IMG/VR virus record: IMGVR_UViG_3300022844_000007
Coordinates: 1 to 53,891 of that record
Source of the DNA: a virus
Lineage: Duplodnaviria > Caudoviricetes
Strand: one strand, 5' to 3'
Length of the DNA stretch: 53,891 nt
Shown here: positions 1-8,805 of the stretch, one piece after another
Numbering within the stretch: position 1 is the stretch's first letter
Layout: every line of letters begins with the position of its first letter
Notes under the pieces: model-generated
Seen by the model: only the letters and a program-made list of their open reading frames with translations
Databases searched by the model: none
Told to the model about the DNA's origin: nothing
Made by a program: the position numbers and the translations under genes

Positions 1-22
1 TATTTTAAAAAAAAAAAAAAAA

Positions 23-132
23 TCTGCCACACAACACGTAACACACAACACCTACCCTGTCTTTCACACCCCTGTGAAAATCGACAAACGCCACACAACT
101 CGACAAACGCCACCTGTCAGGTACACTTGACA
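23..132. repeat. Cluster of short direct and inverted repeats at the left end
   Basis: TCGACAAACGCCAC at 81-94 and 100-113; CACACAACAC twice within 27-51; inverted repeats TTTCACA/TGTGAAA (62-79) and TGTCA-N8-TGACA (115-132). Confidence 0.8.
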
Positions 133-154
133 TCGCCACTAATGGCATGACTGA
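123..154 (+). promoter_or_regulatory. Putative promoter, motif ACACTTGACAT-N12-CATGACTGA
   Basis: TTGACA at 127-132 upstream of ORF 172; the same bipartite motif recurs at 542-575. Confidence 0.5.
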
Positions 155-171
155 AAAATAGAGAGAAACCC

Positions 172-477
172 ATGGATGATGAAGCACAGATTGAGAAGGA
201 AATAAACGACAAGGGTCTGAACGCACCTCGTCTAACCCCAGAACTGGTCGATGCCGCAGTGGTATCCGAGCAGTATTACGTGTTCCCAAACACCACGTTC
301 ACCACCTGCCTACTTACCCTGCGCAACGGCTACTCTGTGCTGGGCGAATCGGCAGCTGCCTCGCCAGAGAACTTCAACGTCGATATTGGGCGTAAAATTG
401 CGCGGGGCAACGCCAGGAACAAGATTTGGGCACTCGAAGGTTACCTACTGCGTGAAAAGCTCCACTTAGCAACGTAG
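172..477 (+). CDS. Phage gp49/gp66 family protein (N4 gp49 / Sf6 gp66 type); candidate nucleotide-signal sponge
   Basis: Family-typical sequence APRLTPE...TTCLLTLRNGYSVLGESAAASPENFNVDIGRKIA...KIWALEGYLL. Confidence 0.8.
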   Translation: MDDEAQIEKEINDKGLNAPRLTPELVDAAVVSEQYYVFPNTTFTTCLLTLRNGYSVLGESAAASPENFNVDIGRKIARGNARNKIWALEGYLLREKLHLAT

Positions 478-485
478 GCGCAACA

Positions 486-518
486 CGTACAGGTCGGTTC
501 ATAACGCCGACCTGTACG
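486..518. terminator. Perfect 12-bp stem hairpin after the gp49-family gene (terminator or processing site)
   Basis: CGTACAGGTCGG (486-497) / CCGACCTGTACG (507-518), 9-nt loop; no U-tract. Confidence 0.5.
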
Positions 519-541
519 ACCCCAACAACACATATCACCTA

Positions 542-575
542 ACACTTGACATTTCCCCCTGCCATACATTACTGA
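542..575 (+). promoter_or_regulatory. Putative promoter, motif ACACTTGACAT-N14-CATTACTGA
   Basis: TTGACA at 546-551; second copy of the motif at 123-154. Confidence 0.5.
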
Positions 576-632
576 TACACTCCAACGGCTGACCTACCCT
601 GCGCCATATTTCGTTTTCTGGAGTGCATTTTT

Positions 633-1031
633 ATGCCTACCGTACAGACAAGCATGGTTGTAGCCAACCAAGCCACAAAATCTCTTTACATCGACGCACG
701 ATTCGTCACATTCAACATCACCAAGGCCCAAGCAGAAGCAGCGACCATCGTTCAGATGATCCCCGTGTATGCCGGCGAAACAGTCCTGTCCGTGGAGCTA
801 GTCGCATCCGACATTTCCACTGGCACTGACATCCTCCTGGATGTGGGTGACGCGGGTGATGACGATCGCTATATCGTCGCTTCCACGATCGGCCAAGCTG
901 GCGGATCTGCGAAGCACACTGTTGGTGTTCCTTACACTTACACCGCCAATGACACAATTGACGTAACGGTTTCCACGGTCGCATCAACCGGTGCAGCTGG
1001 CACGTTGACCTTGCTCATAACGGTCATCTAA
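633..1031 (+). CDS. Virion structural protein, probable capsid decoration protein
   Basis: 132-aa T/A/G/V-rich beta protein with LDVGD..DDDRY and YT..DTIDVT motifs, resembling small proteins usually encoded next to major capsid genes. Confidence 0.55.
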   Translation: MPTVQTSMVVANQATKSLYIDARFVTFNITKAQAEAATIVQMIPVYAGETVLSVELVASDISTGTDILLDVGDAGDDDRYIVASTIGQAGGSAKHTVGVPYTYTANDTIDVTVSTVASTGAAGTLTLLITVI

Positions 1032-1036
1032 AGGTT

Positions 1037-1107
1037 TTCGGTGCTTGTTGCGGGTATCGAGGGGGGAGCAATCCCCCCAACTTATTCGCAGTAGGCACCG
1101 AGTTTTT
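1037..1107 (+). terminator. Long RNA hairpin with GCAA tetraloop followed by U5 (terminator and/or RNase III-type site)
   Basis: 1038-1056 pairs with 1083-1101 (19 bp, 5 G-U), 4x4 internal loop, then GGGGGGA-GCAA-TCCCCCC; TTTTT follows. Confidence 0.75.
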
Positions 1108-1128
1108 AACATGATGCTAGGTGACGCA

Positions 1129-1269
1129 ATGGAATACCCACTCCTAATATTACTACCCCTTATGCTGCTCGTTAGCTGCGAGTCTGCCCCGCGACCCTTT
1201 GTCGAGGGCGCTGAAACACCTCCTCCCATGGGCTGTATTGAGGGCAGGGAGCGCGGCGTTGACTGCTGA
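1129..1269 (+). CDS. Small lipoprotein (46 aa)
   Basis: AGGTGA RBS before ATG 1129; hydrophobic signal ending in lipobox-like LLVSC; ends PPPMGCIEGRERGVDC. Confidence 0.65.
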   Translation: MEYPLLILLPLMLLVSCESAPRPFVEGAETPPPMGCIEGRERGVDC

Positions 1270-1669
1270 GATTCGAAAGGGCGACCTACAAGCCATACGC
1301 GACTTCGTGGCATGGCGCTTTAGCTACACCTCGGACCAGGAGGCGCGTGGCGTACCCGAACATTGGGTTGACGTGGACGAGCTGGCCGGACTGAGTGAAT
1401 TTTCGACCCTCACCTACGGCAAGTTCCGTGACGACTGCGATGGTTTCGCGCTCGCCTGCCGGTATCAGCTCCGCAAAGTTGACATCCCAAACCGCCTGAT
1501 ATTCTGCCACGTGCCAGTTGAGGGGTATCACCTAGTGCTATCCGTTGGCGGGTACATCCTCGACAACCGGAGCAAATGGGTGATACCGCGCGACGACGTC
1601 GATTACGCATGGGTGAGCATGAGCGGGTACACAAAAGGTGACCCGTGGCACCTAATAGAAGAGGACTGA
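1259..1669 (+). CDS. Transglutaminase-like cysteine peptidase (BTLCP/LapG, peptidase C93-like)
   Basis: Y.SD......EHW, DDCDGFAL (Cys), YHLVL (His), ILDNR (Asp) triad; TTG start at 1259 overlaps the upstream lipoprotein end. Confidence 0.8.
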   Translation: MTAEIRKGDLQAIRDFVAWRFSYTSDQEARGVPEHWVDVDELAGLSEFSTLTYGKFRDDCDGFALACRYQLRKVDIPNRLIFCHVPVEGYHLVLSVGGYILDNRSKWVIPRDDVDYAWVSMSGYTKGDPWHLIEED

Positions 1670-1672
1670 TCT

Positions 1673-1975
1673 ATGCCAGAACTTAAGATAACCCCCGCAC
1701 TCATCAAAATGACCGCTGGCGCTATCGCCACCGTGTTCATGGTGTTCCTGTTCATGGACTCGCGCCACTCTCACCCAGACGATCTCGAATGTTCCAGCGC
1801 CGACACCAACCAGCGGATACTCATGTCGGACTCGACCCGCTACGCGGAGATAAACAAATATTACACGGACAAACTGAAAGGGGGCGAGACGCTGTCGAAA
1901 GCTGAGACAAGCCGATTGGAACTTGTCCAACGGCAGCAACAACGCATTAACGAGATCCTAGTGGGGAAAGAGTAA
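1673..1975 (+). CDS. Membrane-anchored hypothetical protein
   Basis: N-terminal hydrophobic helix (AGAIATVFMVFLFM) followed by a helical soluble region; GAGGA RBS. Confidence 0.65.
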   Translation: MPELKITPALIKMTAGAIATVFMVFLFMDSRHSHPDDLECSSADTNQRILMSDSTRYAEINKYYTDKLKGGETLSKAETSRLELVQRQQQRINEILVGKE

Positions 1976-2000
1976 TGCCAGCAGCGGGGTGGGAGGACTA

Positions 2001-2402
2001 ATGGATATATTAGGTGTAGGTAGTTTGGTAGCAGGTGTCGTCAACGGGTTCGGAGAGCGCCGCGCCAGGAAAAACGAGCTGATCAAAACGATCGAGCTGA
2101 AACAGATCGAGGCGGCTAGCAAGATTGACACTGATATTGCAGCACAGGCCATGGGCCAGCTGGAAATTAACCGCCAAGAAGCCGCGCATCGGTCGATTTT
2201 TGTCGCTGGCTGGCGTCCGTTTGTCGGCTGGACATGCGGGTTCTCGCTGCTGTATAACGTCATTTTTTCCCCTATCGCCGTCGGTTTGGGCTACGACATG
2301 CCAGACGTAGACCCCTCACTGCTGTACCCCGTATTATTGGGCATGCTCGGCATATCAGGGTCACGTACCTACGAGAAAACGCTAGGGGTCACTAACAGAT
2401 GA
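2001..2402 (+). CDS. Holin, GTA-type 3TM family
   Basis: EAAHRSIFVAGWRPFVGW...LLGMLGISGSRTYEK signature; GGAGG RBS before ATG 2001. Confidence 0.8.
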   Translation: MDILGVGSLVAGVVNGFGERRARKNELIKTIELKQIEAASKIDTDIAAQAMGQLEINRQEAAHRSIFVAGWRPFVGWTCGFSLLYNVIFSPIAVGLGYDMPDVDPSLLYPVLLGMLGISGSRTYEKTLGVTNR

Positions 2403-2623
2403 CGTATGACGGCTCCGCAACGACCTCGCCTGACAAGCCGATAACGCTCGACGACCTTAAGCGCATGCGAGAGGTTATCGACGGTGAGGTTTCACGTGAA
2501 ACACTGTCGTCTTTCCTCGATCGCCCGTGGATCTACCACCGCCACCTTAAGGCGGGTACGATCATCGAAGGCATAGACCCAACGACCGGTATGAAGGTCT
2601 ATTACACAGGACTGCTTGTATGA
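2399..2623 (+). CDS. Hypothetical protein
   Basis: ATGA-coupled to both neighbours. Confidence 0.6.
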   Translation: MTYDGSATTSPDKPITLDDLKRMREVIDGEVSRETLSSFLDRPWIYHRHLKAGTIIEGIDPTTGMKVYYTGLLV

Positions 2624-3120
2624 GCGACACCCTTGCCGCGTTACAGACGCTAGTATCCAGCGCAGCCCCTTTTGTGCGGGCGCGGTTATCGCTTGACCAG
2701 CAACAGGTGCTGGTTTACATATTAGGTGGCCTCACCGCTGACGAGGCCATACACCTTGCCGACAGCGAGGAGACATCGGACTCGTTGCAGGCGAATGAAA
2801 CATTCTGCAAGTACCTGACCCATATCCGTGCCGAGCAGCAGCGGGTCACCAGTTTTACGCGCGAAGACGCGCACCTCATGCTGATGGAGACTCACCGGAA
2901 GTCGATAAACGCGACCGAGGAGCTGGGCACCATAAAAGAGCTAATAAGCCTACATGGCGTGGCCGTGCCAAAAACTCAGGTCAATATAAACCAGAATCTA
3001 AACGCAACTGTCAGCAAATCGGATATGCGCCGTCTACCGGATGGCAAACTGTTCGAGATGCTTGGCACTGACGTTGACGATCTGGAACCGCAACTGATCG
3101 ACTACGACGAAGAGGTTTAA
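2620..3120 (+). CDS. Probable terminase small subunit
   Basis: 166-aa helical protein upstream of TerL with ELISLHG...QVNIN C-terminal pattern and acidic tail. Confidence 0.55.
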   Translation: MSDTLAALQTLVSSAAPFVRARLSLDQQQVLVYILGGLTADEAIHLADSEETSDSLQANETFCKYLTHIRAEQQRVTSFTREDAHLMLMETHRKSINATEELGTIKELISLHGVAVPKTQVNINQNLNATVSKSDMRRLPDGKLFEMLGTDVDDLEPQLIDYDEEV

Positions 3121-3125
3121 CCGCA

Positions 3126-3323
3126 ATGGGATTACACAGACAGGAAGTGAAATCGTTTCAGGTGCAGTACGTTTGCGACGCCTGTGAAGAGGGGTACATG
3201 GAGCCGAAAGGGCCGATGCTAATGTCGCACCCACCGTTGCATCCACACCGCTGTCGCAACTGCGACGTGTCGCAGAACCTGAAACATGTGTACCCCATCA
3301 TAGAGATGGAGGTGGCAGGGTGA
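3126..3323 (+). CDS. Small zinc-ribbon protein
   Basis: CDAC...HRCRNC. Confidence 0.6.
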   Translation: MGLHRQEVKSFQVQYVCDACEEGYMEPKGPMLMSHPPLHPHRCRNCDVSQNLKHVYPIIEMEVAG

Positions 3324-3691
3324 TGATCGCAGAATTAGTTTATGAAATGTGTCGTATCGAAGCAGAAGTATCTCATAGGCCGATAGTGCCTGAGCTTTAC
3401 TACCAGCGGGATATTGCGTTTAGGGAGCAGTTTGAAAAAACAATAGAACGTATTTGTGCAGAAGACGCGCCACCCACAACGCCAGAAGCGGAGCACGACA
3501 GCTGGTGGCAAGCCTACATTGACATGGGATGGGTGTATGGCCCAGAGCGCGACCCTGTCAAAAAAGTTCACCCTGACATGGTGCCGTTTAGCAAACTGTC
3601 AAAAGCGGAAAGGGACAAGGACGAGATTTTTCTCGCGGCCTGCGACTTCGCCAAAGTTGTTAGGGCCTTAGCCGAGGAGGAGATCGTATGA
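3320..3691 (+). CDS. RyR-domain protein
   Basis: EHDSWW....GWVYGPERDPVKKVHPDMVPFSKLSKAERDKD matches the ryanodine-receptor repeat (RyR) domain pattern. Confidence 0.85.
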   Translation: MMIAELVYEMCRIEAEVSHRPIVPELYYQRDIAFREQFEKTIERICAEDAPPTTPEAEHDSWWQAYIDMGWVYGPERDPVKKVHPDMVPFSKLSKAERDKDEIFLAACDFAKVVRALAEEEIV

Positions 3692-3891
3692 TCACCCAAC
3701 TGAAGTTTATCACCCAAGAGTTTGACTTGATGATGCGTGACGAGGACCGCAAGATGGGCTTCGGTCTGATGATGCGTGACCAGCATGGTGCCGAGATCAA
3801 CAAGGCGTTCCGCGTTTCGATGCACAACCCCGATATGACCTTGGTCGCTGAGTCACTGCGAGCGTTGGCTGACTGGGCCGAGAGACAATAA
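3688..3891 (+). CDS. Hypothetical protein
   Basis: GGAGG RBS; coupled to neighbours. Confidence 0.6.
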   Translation: MITQLKFITQEFDLMMRDEDRKMGFGLMMRDQHGAEINKAFRVSMHNPDMTLVAESLRALADWAERQ

Positions 3892-5714
3892 TGAGTGACC
3901 TGAACTGCACCAGATGCGAAGACCTGTACCCAGCGCCGTTGTTAAACGACGGCATCTGCGTTACTTGTCAGGTGCAGTTGGACAATGCCACGTTCCTGGC
4001 GCAGTACAAAGCCAGCGACCGAGAAACAAAACTCGTGCGCAACGAGTCGGAAGAGGAGATCGCGGATCGCAAGCGACGCCATGCGGATCGCCGCGAGAAG
4101 CTGAACAATCAAGCGACGCGCGACAAAAAACGGGTGCCCCGTACTTCGCGCAAGGCCCGTTACCTCGACAAGCTAGAAGCCGAGCAGCACCCAGAAGACG
4201 AGAAAGCCGATGCGGTAAAAGCCGAGGTCGCTGGTCGCGAGATGTCGCGCCGGTTCCTACTCCCTTTTATACAACGGTTTAACCCAGAGTATCGCGCCGG
4301 CTGGTTCCACAAGGACCTGACCCGTCGCCTTGAGAAATTCTCACAGGACGTCGCCGATGGCCTGTCGCCACGGCTTATGATCGAGGTGCCACCGCGCCAT
4401 GGTAAATCCGTTACCACAACGGTTAATTTCCCACCATGGCACTTAGGGCACCACCCGAACCACGAATTTATCATCTGCTCGTATGCGTCGCAGTTGGCCA
4501 TGACGTTCTCACGCGGCGTGCGTGAGATTATCCGCGACGAGGCATACCAGTCACTGTTCCCGAGAACTGAACTAAAAGCGGATACGACCAGCGCCGAGCA
4601 CTGGCGCACAACGAAAGGTGGCGGGTTACTCGCGGCAGGTGTCGGTGGACCCATGACGGGTAACGGTGCCCACATACTGGTGATCGATGACCCCGTAAAA
4701 AACGCGCAGGAAGCAGAGTCAGAAACCATTCGCGAGGGCCACGAACAGTGGTATAACAGCACTGCATACACACGACTAGCACCAGGAGGCGGTGTCCTGT
4801 TTATCATGACTCGTTGGCACCATGATGATTTAGCGGGGCGCTTGTTAAAGAAGATGGCCGAAGGAGGTGACCAGTGGGAGGTGGTGAGCTACCCAGCCGT
4901 TGCGATGGAGGACGAACCCTACCGGCGCAAAGGTGAAGCACTTCACCCAGAGCGATATGACGAGATCGCTCTGAATAGAATTCAAAAAGCTGTTGGCGAG
5001 AGGACTTGGTGGTCCCTGTACCAGCAGCAACCGACCCCCGATGAGGGATCGTATTTCATGCGCGACATGTTGCGGATGTACAAACAGGGTGCCGCCGCAG
5101 GGCCAGAGCACCCGCCACTTAGCGAGTTGCGTATTTACACGGCGTGGGACTTTGCCATTGGCCAGAAAGAACGCAACGACTACACGGTTGGCATTGTCGC
5201 CGGACTGGATCACTTGGATCGGATGTTCATCATCGATATGGTACGTGACCGTCTCGATGCCAATGGCATTGTCGAGCAGATCATAGCGGTACAAAAGAAA
5301 TACAAGCCGCTGCTACAGGGCTTTGAGCATGGCCAGATTGAAATGTCGATCGGCCCGTTCTTGCGTAAGCGCCAATACGAAGAGAAAATCTACATTAACG
5401 AGGAGATCCTGAAGACAGGTCGGCGCGATAAAGAAGCGCGTGCGCGCCCCATACAGGGCCGAATGAAGCAAGGTATGGTATTCTTCCCCGAAGACATGTG
5501 GTTTTCGGAGCCGTTCGTGAACGAACTACTAACGTTCCCGATGGGTAAACACGACGATATGGTAGATTCTTTGGCATGGCTAGGTCAGATGTTCGACGAC
5601 ATGGTTCGGTACAAATATCCCGCAGCGAGTCGTAAAGAAACAGGTTGGCGAGATAAGCTCGCGCAATCAGGGCGCTTATCGCGCCGATCCAACAGATCAT
5701 CAATGAGCGCATAG
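3891..5714 (+). CDS. terL: Terminase large subunit
   Basis: Walker A VPPRHGKS, Walker B IDDPVKN, IMTRWH, nuclease motifs AWDFA and HDDMVDSL; N-terminal CxxC..CxxC extension. Confidence 0.95.
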   Translation: MSDLNCTRCEDLYPAPLLNDGICVTCQVQLDNATFLAQYKASDRETKLVRNESEEEIADRKRRHADRREKLNNQATRDKKRVPRTSRKARYLDKLEAEQHPEDEKADAVKAEVAGREMSRRFLLPFIQRFNPEYRAGWFHKDLTRRLEKFSQDVADGLSPRLMIEVPPRHGKSVTTTVNFPPWHLGHHPNHEFIICSYASQLAMTFSRGVREIIRDEAYQSLFPRTELKADTTSAEHWRTTKGGGLLAAGVGGPMTGNGAHILVIDDPVKNAQEAESETIREGHEQWYNSTAYTRLAPGGGVLFIMTRWHHDDLAGRLLKKMAEGGDQWEVVSYPAVAMEDEPYRRKGEALHPERYDEIALNRIQKAVGERTWWSLYQQQPTPDEGSYFMRDMLRMYKQGAAAGPEHPPLSELRIYTAWDFAIGQKERNDYTVGIVAGLDHLDRMFIIDMVRDRLDANGIVEQIIAVQKKYKPLLQGFEHGQIEMSIGPFLRKRQYEEKIYINEEILKTGRRDKEARARPIQGRMKQGMVFFPEDMWFSEPFVNELLTFPMGKHDDMVDSLAWLGQMFDDMVRYKYPAASRKETGWRDKLAQSGRLSRRSNRSSMSA

Positions 5715-5716
5715 CA

Positions 5717-7855
5717 ATGGCCAGAGTATCCAAGCGAACAGTCGACAAGGTAGTGGCAGACGCCAATTTTGATGCGTTCAGGCGCTACCGCGATGTCGGC
5801 AAACACAAAGAATACGTTGCGAACGCGAAAAAGTGCAACGACTACTACGTCGGCAAACAGTGGGACGAAGCAGACAAAAACAAGCTAGAGGCAGCTGGCC
5901 GACCGGCACTGACCATTAACCTCACCATGGACAAAGTGAACACGGTCGCTGGCGAGCAGATCGCGAAGCGCGTCGATGTCACTTTCCTGCCGACAGGTGG
6001 CGCGGCCACTGAACAGGTGGCGCAGGACTTGAATCTAGTCTTCGAGAAGATTCTGGAAGAGAACCAATACGAGTGGCGCGAGTCACAGATGTTTCAAGAC
6101 GGGCTGATCGAGGAGCGAGGCTACCTTGACCTGCGCCTGGATTTTAGCGAGCACGCCGCCGGTGAGGCGCGGTTCACCGCCAAAGACAATCGCGATATTC
6201 TGATAGACCCCGACGCAAAAGAGTACGACCCTGATTCATGGTCGGGTTTTATCGAGACCCGACTCTACAGTCTGCAAGATATTGAGGATGAGTTCGGTCG
6301 CGCTAAACGCCGCGAGATAGAAAAAATCGTTGGGGCCGGCCAGTATTATGCTGACGACTCTGTTGTGTGGCAGACCGATACAACGTATGGCGGTGACCAG
6401 CAGGCTCGGGGAACAGCGTGGAATACATCAGGCAGCGATGCGGAGTCGCGCCGTGTTAAGTACGTCCGTGTTCTTTCTCGGCAGTATTACAAGATGCAAA
6501 TGGCGTGGCACTTTGTCGACCCTAAACTAGGTGACGCGAAGATGGTGCCTGCTGACTGGAGTGACGCGAAGCGTTCTGAGTTTGCCGCGGCTAACGGTTT
6601 ACTTGCTACGCAGAAACTCGCCAAGCGCATCCGTTGGACGGTATCAGCTGACGGCATCCTGCTACATGACGATTGGAGTCCATACCGGCACTTTACCATC
6701 ATTCCGTATTTCTGTTATTTCCGTCGCGGCAAGCCGATTGGCATGGTAACGAACCTGCTGTCGCCGCAGGACAACTTGAACAAGCTGGAGTCACAAACGC
6801 TGTCCGTGGTAAACAGCACGGCCAATAGCGGGTGGATTATCGAAGAAGATTCACTCGTCGACCTGACACCCGAAGAGCTTGAAGAACGCGGGGCCTCGAC
6901 GGGTCTCGTTGTCACCTATCGCAAGAACTCGACACCGCCAGCTAAGATCGACGCCAACTCAATCCCGAGTGGTTTGGATCGGATGAAACAGGGCGCGGCC
7001 CAGGCACTGAACGCTATATCAGGTGTCGATGACGTGCTTAACGGCACAGCGTCAGGCGAGTTCTCCGGTGTGGCACTCGACCATCAAGAAGGGCGCGGCC
7101 TACGAAAGTTGGCGATCCCACTCGATAATTTACGGCAGTCACGTTACATCATGGCCCGTAACTTATTGCACGTGATTAAAGATCACTACCGCGAGGAGCG
7201 CGTATTCCATGCGACCAAACGCGAGAGTGCCGGCGGCAACACAGAAGAGGTTGTACTTAATCGGCGTGATGCGGCTGGCCGTATCATCAACGATATTGCG
7301 TTAGGTGACTACTCCATCGTGATCGGCACGCGGCCTGCACGAGATACCTTCGAGGAGCGCCAGTTCACTGAAGTGCTGGAGCTGCGCAGTGTTGGTGTAG
7401 CGATACCGGATCACTGGGTTGTCCGTTACTCATCGCTTGAGAATAAGCGCGAGCTTGAGAAACTGATTGCAGATGCTACGGGTTACGGTGAGATGTCACC
7501 GGAAGATCAGGAAGCAGCACGAGTCAACGCAGAAATAGAGATGATGCGTGTTGAGGCTGAGCTGAAAGAGATCGAAGCGAAGATCCGCGATCTGAATGCT
7601 AAGGCACTGCTGAACGAAGCGAAAGCTGATGACCTCAGAGCAGGCGAGGGCAGTCAGGATATGCTCAAGCAGCGTCAAGAGCTGGAAGCGCAGTACGCAA
7701 CCAAAACGAAAGAACTCGATTTACGGCGCGAGTTACAAGCAGCGCAGGGTCAGCAGCAAGACGCTGACCGAAACCAGAAGAGTGGCATTGCATTATTGAA
7801 TGCCGGACTAGAGCAAGAAAAAACCCGCACGGCTAACCAAGGAGCAACATCGTGA
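5717..7855 (+). CDS. Portal protein (P22-like, long C-terminal coiled-coil barrel)
   Basis: YYVGKQW..GRPALTIN, DPDAKEYD, LLSPQDNLNK, SGVAL motifs; follows TerL. Confidence 0.9.
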   Translation: MARVSKRTVDKVVADANFDAFRRYRDVGKHKEYVANAKKCNDYYVGKQWDEADKNKLEAAGRPALTINLTMDKVNTVAGEQIAKRVDVTFLPTGGAATEQVAQDLNLVFEKILEENQYEWRESQMFQDGLIEERGYLDLRLDFSEHAAGEARFTAKDNRDILIDPDAKEYDPDSWSGFIETRLYSLQDIEDEFGRAKRREIEKIVGAGQYYADDSVVWQTDTTYGGDQQARGTAWNTSGSDAESRRVKYVRVLSRQYYKMQMAWHFVDPKLGDAKMVPADWSDAKRSEFAAANGLLATQKLAKRIRWTVSADGILLHDDWSPYRHFTIIPYFCYFRRGKPIGMVTNLLSPQDNLNKLESQTLSVVNSTANSGWIIEEDSLVDLTPEELEERGASTGLVVTYRKNSTPPAKIDANSIPSGLDRMKQGAAQALNAISGVDDVLNGTASGEFSGVALDHQEGRGLRKLAIPLDNLRQSRYIMARNLLHVIKDHYREERVFHATKRESAGGNTEEVVLNRRDAAGRIINDIALGDYSIVIGTRPARDTFEERQFTEVLELRSVGVAIPDHWVVRYSSLENKRELEKLIADATGYGEMSPEDQEAARVNAEIEMMRVEAELKEIEAKIRDLNAKALLNEAKADDLRAGEGSQDMLKQRQELEAQYATKTKELDLRRELQAAQGQQQDADRNQKSGIALLNAGLEQEKTRTANQGATS

Positions 7856-8805
7856 GTGAAATGAGCTTTTCACAAGAAGCAGAGGAATTGAGTGGGGATC
7901 GAGGTGACTTCATCGATATCGAAGACGCCCCGCAACCAGAAGGGGTTAACATCGTTGTCCCTGACCGCGAGGAAATTGAGGGAGAATTCGAAGAGGTTGC
8001 AGAGGTCGAAGAGGTTGCAGAAATCGCCCCTGAAGCTATCGTAGAGGAACTCGCACCGGTTGAGGAACCTATTGCTGATTCGACAACGGGAATTATGATT
8101 CCGAAGTCGCGGCTTGATGATGTACTGGCTAAGAACCGGCAGCTACAGAACCAACTCGACCAACGTGCTCCAGCAGCAGATCCTGCTAATCCTACTGCGC
8201 CCCCACTGGCGATGGATATCGACGACTCGTATGCCGCAGTACAGCAAGCCATCCTCAATGATGACGGCGAGAGCGGTAAGCAGGCGATGGTGAACTTATT
8301 GAACGCATCGAACGCGAGTCTGCGCCAAGAGATGACCGGCACGATTGAGTCGTCCCAGAAGCAGGTGCTCGAGTCGATGCAGTACGAGGCGACTTACACC
8401 GGCTTCAAAACGCAGTACGATGTACTCGATGAGAATAGCCCTAACTTCAGCGCTGATGTTGAGGATCAGATCCGCGAGGTGCGGGATGGCTACATCCTAC
8501 AAGACTACACGCCACGTGATGCTTTAACGAAAGCGGTGGGCTTGGTCATGAAGCCATTGCTGATGGGCAGCGCGGTTACACCGGCAGTTACACCGGCAGC
8601 AGTCACACGTAAAACGGGCAACGACATCTCGCATGTTGACGTGGCCGCAAAGGTAGCGACGGCTGCATCTCAGCCAGGAGAGCTGAACGGTGTAACTAAT
8701 GGCGCTACTGAGTACCAAGAACTGGACATGGACACCATGTCACAGAAGGATTTTGACGCTTTACCGATGTCCATTCAGCGGCGACTGCGCGGCGACGAAT
8801 TATAA
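7852..8805 (+). CDS. Capsid scaffolding protein
   Basis: Acidic; IPKSRLD motif; C-terminal MSQKDFDALP...RRLRGD; lies between portal and capsid. Confidence 0.75.
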   Translation: MSEMSFSQEAEELSGDRGDFIDIEDAPQPEGVNIVVPDREEIEGEFEEVAEVEEVAEIAPEAIVEELAPVEEPIADSTTGIMIPKSRLDDVLAKNRQLQNQLDQRAPAADPANPTAPPLAMDIDDSYAAVQQAILNDDGESGKQAMVNLLNASNASLRQEMTGTIESSQKQVLESMQYEATYTGFKTQYDVLDENSPNFSADVEDQIREVRDGYILQDYTPRDALTKAVGLVMKPLLMGSAVTPAVTPAAVTRKTGNDISHVDVAAKVATAASQPGELNGVTNGATEYQELDMDTMSQKDFDALPMSIQRRLRGDEL

